From Gammaproteobacteria bacterium (GTDB lineage Bacteria; Pseudomonadota; Gammaproteobacteria; SZUA-152): a stretch of DNA of 32,620 bases. The position numbers and the translations under genes are program-made. Below are positions 1-9,340 of the stretch, in pieces. Every line of letters begins with the position of its first letter. Within the stretch, counting starts at the first letter, position 1. The notes under the pieces are model-generated. The model saw nothing but the letters and a program-made list of their open reading frames with translations, had not been told where the DNA came from and did not search any database. The stretch spans positions 1 through 32,620 of the forward strand of contig JANTGX010000001.1 in assembly GCA_024762755.1 (NCBI GenBank), written 5' to 3'.

Positions 1-524
1 CCGCCGGCCATCACCAGGCCGATGAGGATGAGGGCGGGGCCGATGCCGGTGTTGAGCAGGGTGCTGGCCCAGGCGAGTTCGAAGACGCGCTCGAGATAGA
101 GCAGGCCAGAGTGCATCAGGGTGCCGGCAATGAAGATCCAGCTGAGCGCCTCTTTCCAGATCCGTGGCGCAGTGATGAAACAGAGCATCAGGCCGACCAG
201 GATATTGAGCACCGACTCCAGGTTGCCGTGGGCGTGCGGCCCGCCCTTGATGTAGTCGATGGAGAATTCGCGTGCGGCCACCTTGTTCATGGCCAGGATG
301 GCCTCGCTGTTGGTCATCGCCAGCTGTTTGGCGGTCAGTTCGTCGAGGGTCTCCGGGTCTTCCTCGTAGTCACCGGCCTGGAGCTGCTGCAACTGGCCGA
401 CCACCTGTTGTTTCTCGGCATTGGCCTGTCCCCACTCGGCGTACATGAAGACCATCAAGGGGCCCAGCGCGGCGGTGGTGGCGAGGAACAAAAAGCCAAA
501 GACGATATTTTTCTTGCCAGCCAT
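1..524 (-). CDS. Hypothetical integral membrane protein, 3' part runs off the window (5' start inside window)
   Basis: ATG at 524-522 (minus) sits 9 nt downstream of AAGGAGG (rc of 534-540). Hand translation starts MAGKKNIVFGFLFLATTAALGPLMVFMY... and has several hydrophobic segments. The frame stays open to position 1. It is absent from the ORF track because it is truncated. No family recognised. Confidence 0.6.
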   Translation of the reverse strand, partial: MAGKKNIVFGFLFLATTAALGPLMVFMYAEWGQANAEKQQVVGQLQQLQAGDYEEDPETLDELTAKQLAMTNSEAILAMNKVAAREFSIDYIKGGPHAHGNLESVLNILVGLMLCFITAPRIWKEALSWIFIAGTLMHSGLLYLERVFELAWASTLLNTGIGPALILIGLVMAG

Positions 525-608
525 GGTGTGAATCCTCCTTCTTTAATTATTAGAGTGTCCAAGCATAGCACTCTGGATTGGGCGGCGGGGAGTGGTTCGC
601 TGGGGCAT

Positions 609-644
609 AAAAAAAGCCCACTGTGCGTTCAGCGCACAGCGGGC
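609..644 (-). terminator. Rho-independent terminator downstream of typA
   Basis: On the minus strand, a 12-bp GC-rich stem (616-627 pairs with 633-644, one mismatch) has a 5-nt loop and is followed by a run of 7 T (rc of 609-615). It lies about 25 nt after the typA stop. Confidence 0.7.
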
Positions 645-669
645 CCCTCGGCAGGCTTCGGCCTCCGGC

Positions 670-2484
670 TCAGGTGCCGCGGCTGGCCTTTTTGCGCTCG
701 TGCTCCTTGAGGAACTTCTTGCGCAGACGGATGTGGTTGGGGGTGACCTCCACCAGCTCGTCGGCATCGATGAATTCCAGCGCCTGCTCCAGGGTGAGGT
801 CGATCTTCGGTGTCAGCAGCAGGTTCTCGTCGGTGCCGGCGGCGCGCACGTTGGTCAGCTGTTTGGCCTTCAACGGGTTGACCACCAAGTCGTTGTCGCG
901 CGAGTGGATGCCGATGATCATGCCCTCGTAGACCTCCTCGCCGTGGCCGATGAACAGGCGGCCGCGCTCCTGCAGATTGAACAGGGCGTAGGCCAGGGCC
1001 TTGCCGTTGCCGTTGGAGATCATGACGCCGTTGATGCGTGAGCCGAAGTCACCCTTCTTCATGGGCCCGTAGTGGTCGAAGACGCTGTAGATCAGGCCGG
1101 TACCCTGGGTGGCGGTGAGGAACTCGGTGCGGAAGCCGATCAGGCCGCGCGCCGGCAGGAGGTAGTCGATGCGTACCCGGCCCTTGCCGTCGGGCAGCAT
1201 GTTCTTCAGCTCACCGCCGCGCTCGCCGAGCTTTTCCATCACACTGCCCTGGTGCTGCTCTTCGACGTCCACGGTGACCTGCTCGTAGGGTTCCTGCTTC
1301 TCGCCATCGACCTCGCGCAGGATCACCTCGGGGCGGGAGACGCCCAGCTCATAACCTTCGCGGCGCATGTTTTCGATCAATACGGAGAGATGCAGCTCGC
1401 CGCGCCCGGAGACCTTGAACTTGTCTGGGTCGTCGAGTTGTTCGACGCGCAGGGCGACGTTGTGCAGCAGTTCGCGATCCAGGCGCTCGCGGATCTGGCG
1501 GCTGGTGACGAACTTGCCGTCCTTGCCGGCGAAGGGGGAGTTGTTGACCTGAAAGGTCATGCTCACGGTGGGCTCGTCCACGGTCAGCGGGGCCAGGGCC
1601 TCCACCGCGTTGGGGTCGCACAGGGTGTCGGAGATGTTCAGTTTCTCGATGCCGGTGAAGGCGATGATGTCGCCGGCTTGTGCCTCGGGCACCTCGACGC
1701 GTTCCAGGCCCATGAAGCCGAGGATCTGCAGGATACGGCCCTGTCGGCGCTCCCCTTCGTCGTTGACGATGGTCACCGGGGTGTTGGCCTTGACCCGCCC
1801 GCGGGCGATGCGGCCGATGCCGATGACGCCCACGTAGCTGTTGTAGTCGAGCTGGCTGACCTGTAGCTGAAAGGGGTCTTCGGGCTCCACCTGCGGCGGG
1901 TGTACCTTGTCCACGATGGTCTCGAACAGGGGCGTCATGTCCCCCTCGCGCACCGTGTCCTCGAGACCGGCGAAGCCGTTCAGGCCGGAGGCGTAGACCA
2001 CCGGGAAGTCGAGCTGCTCGTCGGTGGCGCCGAGGCGGTCGAAGAGGTCGAAGGTCTGGTCCAGCACCCAGTCGGGCCGGCTGCCGGGGCGGTCGATCTT
2101 GTTGATGACGACGATGGGGTGCAGGCCGCGTTCCAACGCCTTCTGCGTGACGAAGCGGGTCTGCGGCATGGGACCTTCCACCGCATCCACCAGCAGCAGC
2201 ACCGAGTCCACCATGGAGAGGACGCGCTCCACCTCGCCGCCGAAGTCGGCGTGTCCGGGGGTGTCGACGATATTGATGCGGTACTCGCCCCAGCGGATGG
2301 CGGTGTTCTTGGCCAGGATGGTGATGCCGCGCTCTTTCTCCAGGTCGTTGGAGTCCATGGCGCGCTCTTCCAGCTGGGTGCGTTCGTCCAGGGTGTCGGA
2401 CTGCTTCAGCAGCTGATCGATGAGGGTGGTCTTGCCATGGTCGACGTGGGCGATGATGGCGATGTTACGGAGGTTTTCAATCAC
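670..2484 (-). CDS. typA: Translational GTPase TypA/BipA
   Basis: 604 aa. The N-terminus [21 protein letters not shown] (G1 motif AHVDHGKT), DTPGHADF (G3) and NKID (G4) match BipA, and the length is typical. The start is GTG at 2484. Confidence 0.97.
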   Translation of the reverse strand: MIENLRNIAIIAHVDHGKTTLIDQLLKQSDTLDERTQLEERAMDSNDLEKERGITILAKNTAIRWGEYRINIVDTPGHADFGGEVERVLSMVDSVLLLVDAVEGPMPQTRFVTQKALERGLHPIVVINKIDRPGSRPDWVLDQTFDLFDRLGATDEQLDFPVVYASGLNGFAGLEDTVREGDMTPLFETIVDKVHPPQVEPEDPFQLQVSQLDYNSYVGVIGIGRIARGRVKANTPVTIVNDEGERRQGRILQILGFMGLERVEVPEAQAGDIIAFTGIEKLNISDTLCDPNAVEALAPLTVDEPTVSMTFQVNNSPFAGKDGKFVTSRQIRERLDRELLHNVALRVEQLDDPDKFKVSGRGELHLSVLIENMRREGYELGVSRPEVILREVDGEKQEPYEQVTVDVEEQHQGSVMEKLGERGGELKNMLPDGKGRVRIDYLLPARGLIGFRTEFLTATQGTGLIYSVFDHYGPMKKGDFGSRINGVMISNGNGKALAYALFNLQERGRLFIGHGEEVYEGMIIGIHSRDNDLVVNPLKAKQLTNVRAAGTDENLLLTPKIDLTLEQALEFIDADELVEVTPNHIRLRKKFLKEHERKKASRGT

Positions 2485-2592
2485 GGGATTGCGGCTTCTC
2501 GAGGGTAATAGGGCCGCGGATTATACAGCAAAGCCCCGGGGAAAGGGGGCTGGGAGCGCGCGTCGGGCGTTGGGAGATAAAGGGCGGGCAGC

Positions 2593-2624
2593 AAAAAGGG
2601 GGCGCCACCCACGGTGACGCCCCC
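2593..2624 (-). terminator. Rho-independent terminator downstream of the binding-protein gene
   Basis: The minus strand reads GGGGGCGUCACC-GUG-GGUGGCGCCCCC (about 12 bp including one G-U pair) followed by UUUUU. It lies 14 nt after the stop at 2639. Confidence 0.7.
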
Positions 2625-2638
2625 GCTCTGCCGTCGGC

Positions 2639-3607
2639 TCAGTCGTTCAGCGGTTTGAGTTTCAGCTCGCTGTCGGTGGCCTTGATGAAGCCGTAGCTGG
2701 CGTAGATGTCCTGTGCCGCGGGGGTGCCCAGGTAGCTGAGGAAGCGCATGGCATTGTAGGGGTTGCGTCCCTCGCGCAGGGCGCCCATGGCGTAGGCCAC
2801 CTTGTCCTGCATGTTGTAGGGCGCGGGGATGGGCACGCCATCCACCTTGCGCCCCTGCGCCTTGGCGTATTTCACCTCGGTGGTCCAGACGATGCCCACG
2901 TCGGCCTCACCGTGCTCGATGCGGTAGGGAGTCTCGCGGTGGTGGCGGGCGGTGAACCAGGTCTTGCCCGGCACGGCCCAACAGCTCTTGCACTTCTTGC
3001 CGCCGGTGACCTTCTCGTAGATGCCCAGGTCCTTCAGCATCTGCGAGCCGTAGAACTTGAAGATGCCCTCGGTGAGGGGATTGGGGTGAGACTGCACCAA
3101 GTCGTCGCGCGCCAGGTCCTTGGGGCCCTTGATGCCCTTGGGGTTGCCCTCGGCCACCATCAGCTCGAGCTTGTTGTGGGTGTAGATCATGTAGTCGTGC
3201 ATCTTGCCCTTGCCGGCCAGCTTCTTCAGGTGCTTGAAGTTGACGCTGGCGTACAGGTCGGGATTCATGGCGGTCTTCTGGCCATTGATCATGCCCTGCT
3301 TGAGCAACTGGCCCTTGAGGATCTGGCCGGGGGGAATGGTCTCGACGTAGACACTCTCGATGTCGGGGTTCTTGCGCAGGAAGTCCTTCATCAGGTCCTC
3401 CATGACCATGAACTGGTTGCCGGCCAGATACATCACCAGCTCGGCGGTATAGGAATCGCCGATACGGCCATAGTCGATACGGCCGTCGGCGTGGAAGGTG
3501 CGGTAGTCGTGTCCCTCGCCCGCATCCTTCGCCGCCAGGGCGGGCGTGGCCGCGCTGGCCAGCAGTGCGGCTGCCAGCAGCAGCCCCCCTCGGTGTGAAG
3601 CTCTCAT
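2639..3607 (-). CDS. Periplasmic substrate-binding protein, ModA/PBP type-2-like (ligand unknown)
   Basis: 322 aa with signal peptide LLLAAALLASAATPALA-AK and RBS AGAGGAG upstream. The overall pattern (YLAGNQF..., ADVGIVWTTEV...) resembles molybdate/tungstate/sulfate-type binding proteins. It contains CKSC. No permease or ATPase gene is adjacent. Confidence 0.7.
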   Translation of the reverse strand: MRASHRGGLLLAAALLASAATPALAAKDAGEGHDYRTFHADGRIDYGRIGDSYTAELVMYLAGNQFMVMEDLMKDFLRKNPDIESVYVETIPPGQILKGQLLKQGMINGQKTAMNPDLYASVNFKHLKKLAGKGKMHDYMIYTHNKLELMVAEGNPKGIKGPKDLARDDLVQSHPNPLTEGIFKFYGSQMLKDLGIYEKVTGGKKCKSCWAVPGKTWFTARHHRETPYRIEHGEADVGIVWTTEVKYAKAQGRKVDGVPIPAPYNMQDKVAYAMGALREGRNPYNAMRFLSYLGTPAAQDIYASYGFIKATDSELKLKPLND

Positions 3608-3819
3608 GTGTATCTCCTCTTGTGTCAGCGCCGCTGGCGCCTGTTGTATTTATTGTTGCCACGCCCTGGGGCGTGAAAGGGGCAGGGATGCTGGGAAGAT
3701 CCCGCCTCCGGGGGTAGGACATTGCCCAGGGGGTAATTATTCCATCGGACTTCAGGGTCTGGCCCCGGCTGCCGACAGGAAAGGCTGACGATATCCGCAA
3801 TGACCGAAGGAAGACGACC

Positions 3820-4386
3820 ATGACCGACCCCGCCGCGGGCCTGCGCCCCCGCTCCCGAGCCGACCGCCCCGACCTGGACTGGAGCCAGGTGCGGGAGACG
3901 GTCCTCATGCTCCAGGTGGCGGTGGCACAGATCGGTTGCGCCCAGCGCGACGGTGACGAGTCGGTGCAGAGCCTGGCCGACGCCTTCGCCGATATGATGG
4001 CCGGGGTGCAGAGCATCCAGCAGCACGCCGCCGAGCTGCCTGAGCAGAGCGGCCAGCGCGAGGGCATCGAGGCCGCCTGCGAGGCCGTGGGTGCGCGCAT
4101 GCAGTCGGCGGTGGTGGCTTTTCAGTTCTACGACAAACTCAGCCAACGCCTGGCCCATCTCACCGACAGTCTGGCCGAACTGGCCGGCGTGGTGGAGAGT
4201 CCCGAGCGTCTATACAACCCGGCCGCCTGGCAGGCCCTGCAGGACGACATCCGATCGCGCTACACCCTGGAGTCGGACAAGATCATGTTCGAGGCCATCC
4301 TCGCCGGCGCCAGCGTGGCGGAGGCCCTACAGCAGATGATGGCTACCTGTCCGGGCACGGAGGAGTCGGACATCGACCTGTTCTGA
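3820..4386 (+). CDS. Hypothetical cytoplasmic protein with an F-x-D-x3-Q motif
   Basis: 188 aa with RBS GAAGGAAG upstream. Acidic and helical in appearance, with the motif FQFYDKLSQRLAHL. No family confidently recognised. Confidence 0.55.
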   Translation: MTDPAAGLRPRSRADRPDLDWSQVRETVLMLQVAVAQIGCAQRDGDESVQSLADAFADMMAGVQSIQQHAAELPEQSGQREGIEAACEAVGARMQSAVVAFQFYDKLSQRLAHLTDSLAELAGVVESPERLYNPAAWQALQDDIRSRYTLESDKIMFEAILAGASVAEALQQMMATCPGTEESDIDLF

Positions 4387-4501
4387 TCGGTCTGTCCTAC
4401 GCCAGCTCGCCCCGCCCCTCTGTGCAGCCGCCGGCTCCCGGCGCTATGCTTGCGTCTTCGCCCATGCCGGCAGGACGCCGGCGTCACCCTCGGAGTCTGC
4501 C

Positions 4502-5386
4502 ATGCCCCCTGTGCTGGAAGCGCGCGCCCTGAAGAAGGCCTTTGCCGGCGTGCAGGCCGTGGACGGTGTCGGCTTCAGCCTGCAGGAGGGGCGCTGCTTC
4601 GGTCTGTTGGGCCCCAACGGCGCGGGCAAGACCACCACCCTCGAGATGCTCGAAGGCCTCGTCCGCCCGGACGCCGGCGAGATCCTGTTCCGCGGCCGGC
4701 CGGCCGACGCCGCCTTTCGCGAGCAGGTCGGCATCATGTTCCAGTCCACCGCCCTGCAGGACTACCTCAGCGTGCGTGAGGCGCTGACCATGTTCGCCAG
4801 TTTCTACGCCCGCAGTGTGCCCATCGACCGTCTGGCCGAGGACTGTGCCCTGAGCGAATTTCTCGACCGCGACAGCAACAAGCTCTCCGGGGGGCAGCGC
4901 CAACGGCTGCTGCTGGCCATCGCCCTGGTCAATGACCCGCAGGTGGTGTTTCTCGACGAACCCACCACCGGCCTCGACCCGCAGGCACGGCGCAATCTGT
5001 GGTCGTTGGTGAAGCGTATCCGTGAGCAGGGCAAGAGCGTGCTCCTCACCACCCACTACATGGAGGAGGCCTACACCCTGTGTGACGCCATCGCCATCAT
5101 GGACCACGGCCGCATCATCGCCCGTGGCTCGCCCCGCGAGCTACTCGCCGAGCATTTCGACGAGGTGGTGCTGCAGCTGCCGGTGAGCGACATTCCCGGA
5201 GATCCCCTGGCCCTGCCCATGCCGCTGGACGTGCACGACGGCGTGGTGCAGATCCTTAGCCACGACGTCAACACCACGGTGCGTCAGCTGCTCGACGCCG
5301 GCGCCTCCCTGGCCGCTTTGCAGATCCGTCCGCGCAGCCTCGAGGAGCTGTTCCTGGCCCTCACCGGGGAAGGGCTGCGGGCATGA
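4502..5386 (+). CDS. ABC transporter ATP-binding protein (ABC-2/DrrA-like exporter subunit)
   Basis: Walker A GPNGAGKTT, signature LSGGQRQRL, Walker B VVFLDEPTTGLD and H-loop TTHYMEEA. Confidence 0.93.
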   Translation: MPPVLEARALKKAFAGVQAVDGVGFSLQEGRCFGLLGPNGAGKTTTLEMLEGLVRPDAGEILFRGRPADAAFREQVGIMFQSTALQDYLSVREALTMFASFYARSVPIDRLAEDCALSEFLDRDSNKLSGGQRQRLLLAIALVNDPQVVFLDEPTTGLDPQARRNLWSLVKRIREQGKSVLLTTHYMEEAYTLCDAIAIMDHGRIIARGSPRELLAEHFDEVVLQLPVSDIPGDPLALPMPLDVHDGVVQILSHDVNTTVRQLLDAGASLAALQIRPRSLEELFLALTGEGLRA

Positions 5387-6426
5387 ACTGGCGCCGCTTC
5401 CGTGCCGTGCTCGCCGCGCGCAACCGCGAATTCCTGCGCGACCGCGCGGCGTTGGGCTGGAACATCGCCTTCCCTGTGCTCATCGTCGCCGGTTTCGCCT
5501 TCGCCTTCTCTGGCAAGCCCAGCCTGCAGTTCAAGGTGGGGGTGTATGCCGCCCAGCCCGAGCAGGCCCTGGCCGAGCGCCGGGCCAGCGATCCCTTCTT
5601 CCGCAGCGAGAATCTGCAGTTCATCCCGGTCCGTGACCTGGCTCATGCGATGACCAAGGTGGAGCGGCATCAACTGGACATGCTCTTCGATCTCGACCGC
5701 CGGCGCTACTGGATCAACCGCGAGTCGCCGCGCGGCTATGTGCTCGAACGGGTGCTCTACGGCAGCGAGGCCAAGGCCCGCGGTGAGGCCGCCGGCGACT
5801 TCCGCCGCGAGACCGTCAGCGGCCGCGAGATCCGCTACGTCGACTGGCTGATCCCCGGCGTGCTGGCCATGAACATGATGTTCTCGGCCCTCTTCGGCGT
5901 CGGTTACGTGCTGGTGCGCTACCGCAAGAACGGGGTACTGAAACGCCTGCGTGCGACGCCGCTGAGCGCCTTCGAATTCCTCGCCGCGCAGGTGGTGTCG
6001 CGGCTGTGGCTGATCCTCGCCATCACCGTGGCGGTCTATTTCGGTGCCGACCTGTTCATCGACTTCAGCATGTTCGGCAGCTATGCCCTGTTGCTGCTGG
6101 TGTTCGCCCTCGGCGCCTTCAGCCTGATCAGCCTGGGCCTGCTGGTGGCCGCCCGCATCGCCAGTGAGGAGCTGGCCGGCGGCCTGCTCAATCTCATCAG
6201 CTGGCCCATGATGTTTCTCTCCGGCGTCTGGTTCTCCCTCGAGGGCAGCCATCCCTGGGTTCAGAATCTGGCCCTGATCTTCCCCCTCACCCACATCATC
6301 GATGCCGCCCGTGCGGTGATGATCGATGGCGCCGGGCTGTGGCAGATCGCCCCCCAGCTCACCGTGCTGGGGCTCAGCAGCCTGCTGTTTCTGGGCCTCG
6401 GCGCGGCCCTGTTCCGCTGGAAGTGA
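5383..6426 (+). CDS. ABC-2 type transporter permease
   Basis: 347 aa. ATGA start/stop overlap with the ATPase gene. There are multiple C-terminal TM segments after a soluble loop, an architecture typical of ABC-2 permeases. Confidence 0.85.
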   Translation: MNWRRFRAVLAARNREFLRDRAALGWNIAFPVLIVAGFAFAFSGKPSLQFKVGVYAAQPEQALAERRASDPFFRSENLQFIPVRDLAHAMTKVERHQLDMLFDLDRRRYWINRESPRGYVLERVLYGSEAKARGEAAGDFRRETVSGREIRYVDWLIPGVLAMNMMFSALFGVGYVLVRYRKNGVLKRLRATPLSAFEFLAAQVVSRLWLILAITVAVYFGADLFIDFSMFGSYALLLLVFALGAFSLISLGLLVAARIASEELAGGLLNLISWPMMFLSGVWFSLEGSHPWVQNLALIFPLTHIIDAARAVMIDGAGLWQIAPQLTVLGLSSLLFLGLGAALFRWK

Positions 6427-6435
6427 GGTCACGTC

Positions 6436-6660
6436 GTGGCCGAGTACCGCTTCCGTCTGAGCCTCACCGCCGAGCGTTATCTGAGCTACTACCGCGGCAG
6501 CGCGCGTGCCGTGCTGGTACAGGCGGAGGACGGAACCCGGGTGCAGTTTCCCGCCCGCCATCTGCAACCCTTCGTCACCCGGGATGGTATCTTTGGCCGC
6601 TTCCTGCTGCGCACCGATGACCAGCAGCGGGTGACCGCACTGCGGCGCCTCGGTGATTGA
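6436..6660 (+). CDS. DUF2835 family small protein
   Basis: 74 aa. GTG start 6 nt after GAGG. The pattern YRFRLSL..YL.YY.G.....V....G.RVQFPA.HL.PFVT..GI.G.F.L matches my recollection of DUF2835. Confidence 0.7.
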   Translation: MAEYRFRLSLTAERYLSYYRGSARAVLVQAEDGTRVQFPARHLQPFVTRDGIFGRFLLRTDDQQRVTALRRLGD

Positions 6661-6696
6661 GGGCGCACACACAGCGAGAGACGAGGAGAGTCAAGC

Positions 6697-7302
6697 ATGA
6701 AGATGGGCATCATCAGCGGCAGCCACCGCCGTGCACAGAGTCTGAAGGTGGCGGAATACATCGGCGGGCAGCTGGCCGAGGGCGGCGTGGAGACGGAGCT
6801 GTTCAGCCTGGCGGGCAACCCGTTGCCGCTGTGGGACGAGGGCGTGTGGGCCGCTGACGAGGACTGGGTGGAGCGCCTGGCCCCCTGGCGCGAGGGCCTG
6901 GGTGCGTGCGATGGTTTCGTCGTGGTCACCCCGGAGTGGCACGGCCAGGTGCCGGCGGGGTTGAAGAATTTCTTCCTGCTCTTCGGTCAGGCCGAGCTGG
7001 GACACAAGCCGGCGCTCATCGTCGGTGTCTCCGCTGGCGACGGTGGCGCCTATCCGGTGGCCGAGTTGCGCATGAGCAGCTACAAGAACTGCCGTCTCTG
7101 CTATATCCCCGAGCAGATCATCGTGCGCCATGTGGAGCAGGTGCTGAACGCCGAGGCGGCAGACAACGACGCCCGTTCCGACGACTACTACCGCCGGCGC
7201 ATCGCCTGGGCCCTGGGCATCCTGCGCGAATACGCCAGCGCCCTGGCCGGGGTGCGCCGCAGCGGCGTCACCCACAGCGACGACTTCCGCAACGGCATGT
7301 GA
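6697..7302 (+). CDS. NAD(P)H-dependent FMN reductase family oxidoreductase
   Basis: 201 aa. MGIISGSHRR..S and VVVTPEWHGQVPAGLKNFF are typical of the FMN_red family. RBS AGGAGA upstream. Confidence 0.85.
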   Translation: MKMGIISGSHRRAQSLKVAEYIGGQLAEGGVETELFSLAGNPLPLWDEGVWAADEDWVERLAPWREGLGACDGFVVVTPEWHGQVPAGLKNFFLLFGQAELGHKPALIVGVSAGDGGAYPVAELRMSSYKNCRLCYIPEQIIVRHVEQVLNAEAADNDARSDDYYRRRIAWALGILREYASALAGVRRSGVTHSDDFRNGM

Positions 7303-7318
7303 GGCCGCGACGCCGCGG

Positions 7319-7603
7319 TCAGGGACTGTTCACCGGCGGCAACACCCCGCGCGCGCCCTCCAGGCGGGCGCCGTCGAGCAGGGCATCACGCAGGTCGGCA
7401 CCGCGCAGATCCGCCTCGCGCAGGTCGGCCAGGCGCAGGTCGGCACCGCGCAGATCCGCCTCACGCAGGTCGGCACCGCGCAGGTCCGTCTGCACCAGAT
7501 TGGCATTCTCCAGCTGCCGGCCGCGCAGGTCGGCACCGCGCAGGTCGTTGGCCTCCAGGCGCAGCAGGCGGCTGAGTCCCTTGCGGTCGTAGATCTCGAT
7601 CAT
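7319..7603 (-). CDS. Pentapeptide repeat protein
   Basis: 94 aa dominated by A(D/N)LxG-type pentapeptides ([33 protein letters not shown]). Its start lies 4 nt downstream of the GGDEF gene stop. Confidence 0.9.
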   Translation of the reverse strand: MIEIYDRKGLSRLLRLEANDLRGADLRGRQLENANLVQTDLRGADLREADLRGADLRLADLREADLRGADLRDALLDGARLEGARGVLPPVNSP

Positions 7604-7607
7604 CGGT

Positions 7608-9065
7608 CTATTTTCCTACGATGGGGTGTTCGTCATCGGCCGCGGACAAGGCCGCCTCGGCGCGTGCCAGTACCTGCGCGGGATCGTTGTCGCGATGGCG
7701 GTGGATGAGGGTGTAACCACAGCGGATGCCCACCTCGTGGTCCTCGGCCCAGAGGCTCTGGAAGCGGGCCTGCAGCCGTTGCAAGAAGGGTTGCACGCCG
7801 GTCGGCTTCATGTCGAACAGCAACAGGGCGAAACGGTCGTCGCCCAGACGGGCGGCCAGGTCCACCTTGCGGCTGTTCTTCAACAGCCCGCGGCCGAGGG
7901 CGCGGACCGCCTGATTGGCGGCGTCCGCGTCCAGCGCGTCGATACCCTGCAGGCGCACCAGGGCCACGCAGACCGGCATGTTGCGCCGGGCGAAGTCGTA
8001 GGCACGGCTGAATTCCTCGTTGAACTGGCGGCGATTGAGCAGGCCGGTGAGCGGGTCGCGGCGGTTCTGCCGGGCCAGTTGCTGGCGTTGACGATGCAGG
8101 TCGCGGTCGAGGGCTTCGAGGGCCGGGCGCAGCACGGCGGTGTTGCGCAGTTCGGGCAGTAGGGGGCGGGCCTGCGCCGCGGCCAGTTGTCCCAGATAGC
8201 CGCCGATGGCGTTCAGCTCCCGCCGCAGGCGTCGGCGCTGCCGGCGTTGCTGGAGGTACAGGCCGGCGGCGGCCAGCAGCAGGGCGGCGAGGTTGAGTCC
8301 GGCCAGCCAGGGCAGGGGCAGGGCGGCCTGGTCGCTGGGCCGGATCAAACGCAGGCGCCAGTCGGTGCCCTCGATGGGGTGGCCTGCCTCGTCGGCCTCT
8401 CCGCCCGGCCCGGCCCGGGCGATGGGGCGGCCATCGCCGCTGAGCAGTTCGAGGCCCACGCCGGCGGTGGCCTGCCGGGCCAGCAGGGCCTCGATCGGGG
8501 CCAGGGGGAAGGCGACGCGCAGTACCCCGAGCAGGTCGCCCGCCTCGTCCCGCACCGGGCTCAGCAGGTCGAAGTGGGTGGCCGGCTCGGGGTACACGGG
8601 GATGTGGCGCGTCAGGCGCTCGCTGGGCCACTGCGGCAGCTCCTCGATGGCGTAGGACGGGGTCGGCGCATCCGCCACCACGCCGAGCCGGCGCCCGTCG
8701 CGGGTGATCAGGTCCGCCGCCGTGGCCGCCGGCAGGAAGCGCAGGAGCTGCAGGGACCAGCGCAGGGCCGCGTCCTCGTCACCGCTGTCCAGCAGGTCCT
8801 GGGTGGTGGGCTGCTGGGCGAGGGCCGCGAGCAGTCCGCGCAACAGGGCGAGGTGGGCCTGCAGCGGCGCGGCGGCGGCCTGCCGGGTGGGCGCCTCGGC
8901 GGGCGTCGCGGCATGGCGTTGGAGCAGGCCGAGATCGAGGGCCATCACCCCGGCCAGCAATATCAGCCAGGGGGCGGCGGCCAGACGGCGGCGTGGGCGG
9001 GCGGGTGGCGCGCTGGGCGCTGGGGCGGAGACGGCGGGGCCGGCCTGGTCCGGGCTCTGATACAT
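7608..9065 (-). CDS. Membrane sensor protein with a degenerate GGDEF domain (GDDRF, I-site RxxD retained)
   Basis: Start chosen at ATG 9065 (MYQSPDQ...), just before the first TM segment ([16 protein letters not shown]). A second TM ([18 protein letters not shown]) is followed by the GGDEF-domain signature [12 protein letters not shown]. The active-site position reads RLGDDRF (7830-7844), and RKVD (7860-7871) lies 5 residues upstream. Confidence 0.8.
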   Translation of the reverse strand: MYQSPDQAGPAVSAPAPSAPPARPRRRLAAAPWLILLAGVMALDLGLLQRHAATPAEAPTRQAAAAPLQAHLALLRGLLAALAQQPTTQDLLDSGDEDAALRWSLQLLRFLPAATAADLITRDGRRLGVVADAPTPSYAIEELPQWPSERLTRHIPVYPEPATHFDLLSPVRDEAGDLLGVLRVAFPLAPIEALLARQATAGVGLELLSGDGRPIARAGPGGEADEAGHPIEGTDWRLRLIRPSDQAALPLPWLAGLNLAALLLAAAGLYLQQRRQRRRLRRELNAIGGYLGQLAAAQARPLLPELRNTAVLRPALEALDRDLHRQRQQLARQNRRDPLTGLLNRRQFNEEFSRAYDFARRNMPVCVALVRLQGIDALDADAANQAVRALGRGLLKNSRKVDLAARLGDDRFALLLFDMKPTGVQPFLQRLQARFQSLWAEDHEVGIRCGYTLIHRHRDNDPAQVLARAEAALSAADDEHPIVGK

Positions 9066-9340
9066 ACGGGTCGGGATCCTCTTCACCCTCTGGGCGGTTC
9101 GGGCAGGGGGTGGCGGTTCATGCGTGTTCGGCTGGCCGTTGCGAGACGGGATAGAGGCAACGGAACCATCCCCTTCCACCACCGGTTCATGGGAAGGCCC
9201 GCTCCTTGGCCCGTCGGCTGCCGCAAGGCGGCAGCATTGAGGTGTAACGCTGTCCGGCCGGCTTTGGTTCCCTCGTGCGCGCATCATCATTCATTGTAAT
9301 ACGGTCAGTCGGACTTTTTATCACACCGTGAGAATGGGGT

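Noticed and set aside
111-710. 199-aa plus-strand ORF and the plus-strand ORFs at 592..2508
   Set aside because: They are antisense to the partial membrane-protein gene and to typA. They span the typA terminator and show artefactual composition.
5284-6672. 462-aa minus-strand ORF
   Set aside because: It is antisense to the ABC-2 permease and DUF2835 genes and has an off-frame style composition (runs of G/A/E/Q/H). The plus-strand genes have clear family signatures.
9066-9290. N-terminal 75-codon extension of the GGDEF ORF (track start 9290)
   Set aside because: The extension (MMMRARGNQSRPDSVTPQCC...) precedes the first TM and has no features. ATG 9065 immediately precedes the basic-then-hydrophobic N-terminus, so I prefer it. 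The extension cannot be formally excluded.
8187-9299. 370-aa plus-strand ORF and 332-aa minus-strand ORF 7633..8631
   Set aside because: They overlap the GGDEF-domain gene in antisense or in an alternative frame. Composition is artefactual (poly-R/P/G).
9285-9340. Sigma70-like promoter (TTGTAA-17-TTTATC) for the TPR cluster, and a hairpin at 9217-9235
   Set aside because: The -10 match is poor (3 of 6) and there is no independent support. The hairpin GCTGCCG-CAAG-CGGCAGC is real but cannot be assigned a role from sequence alone.
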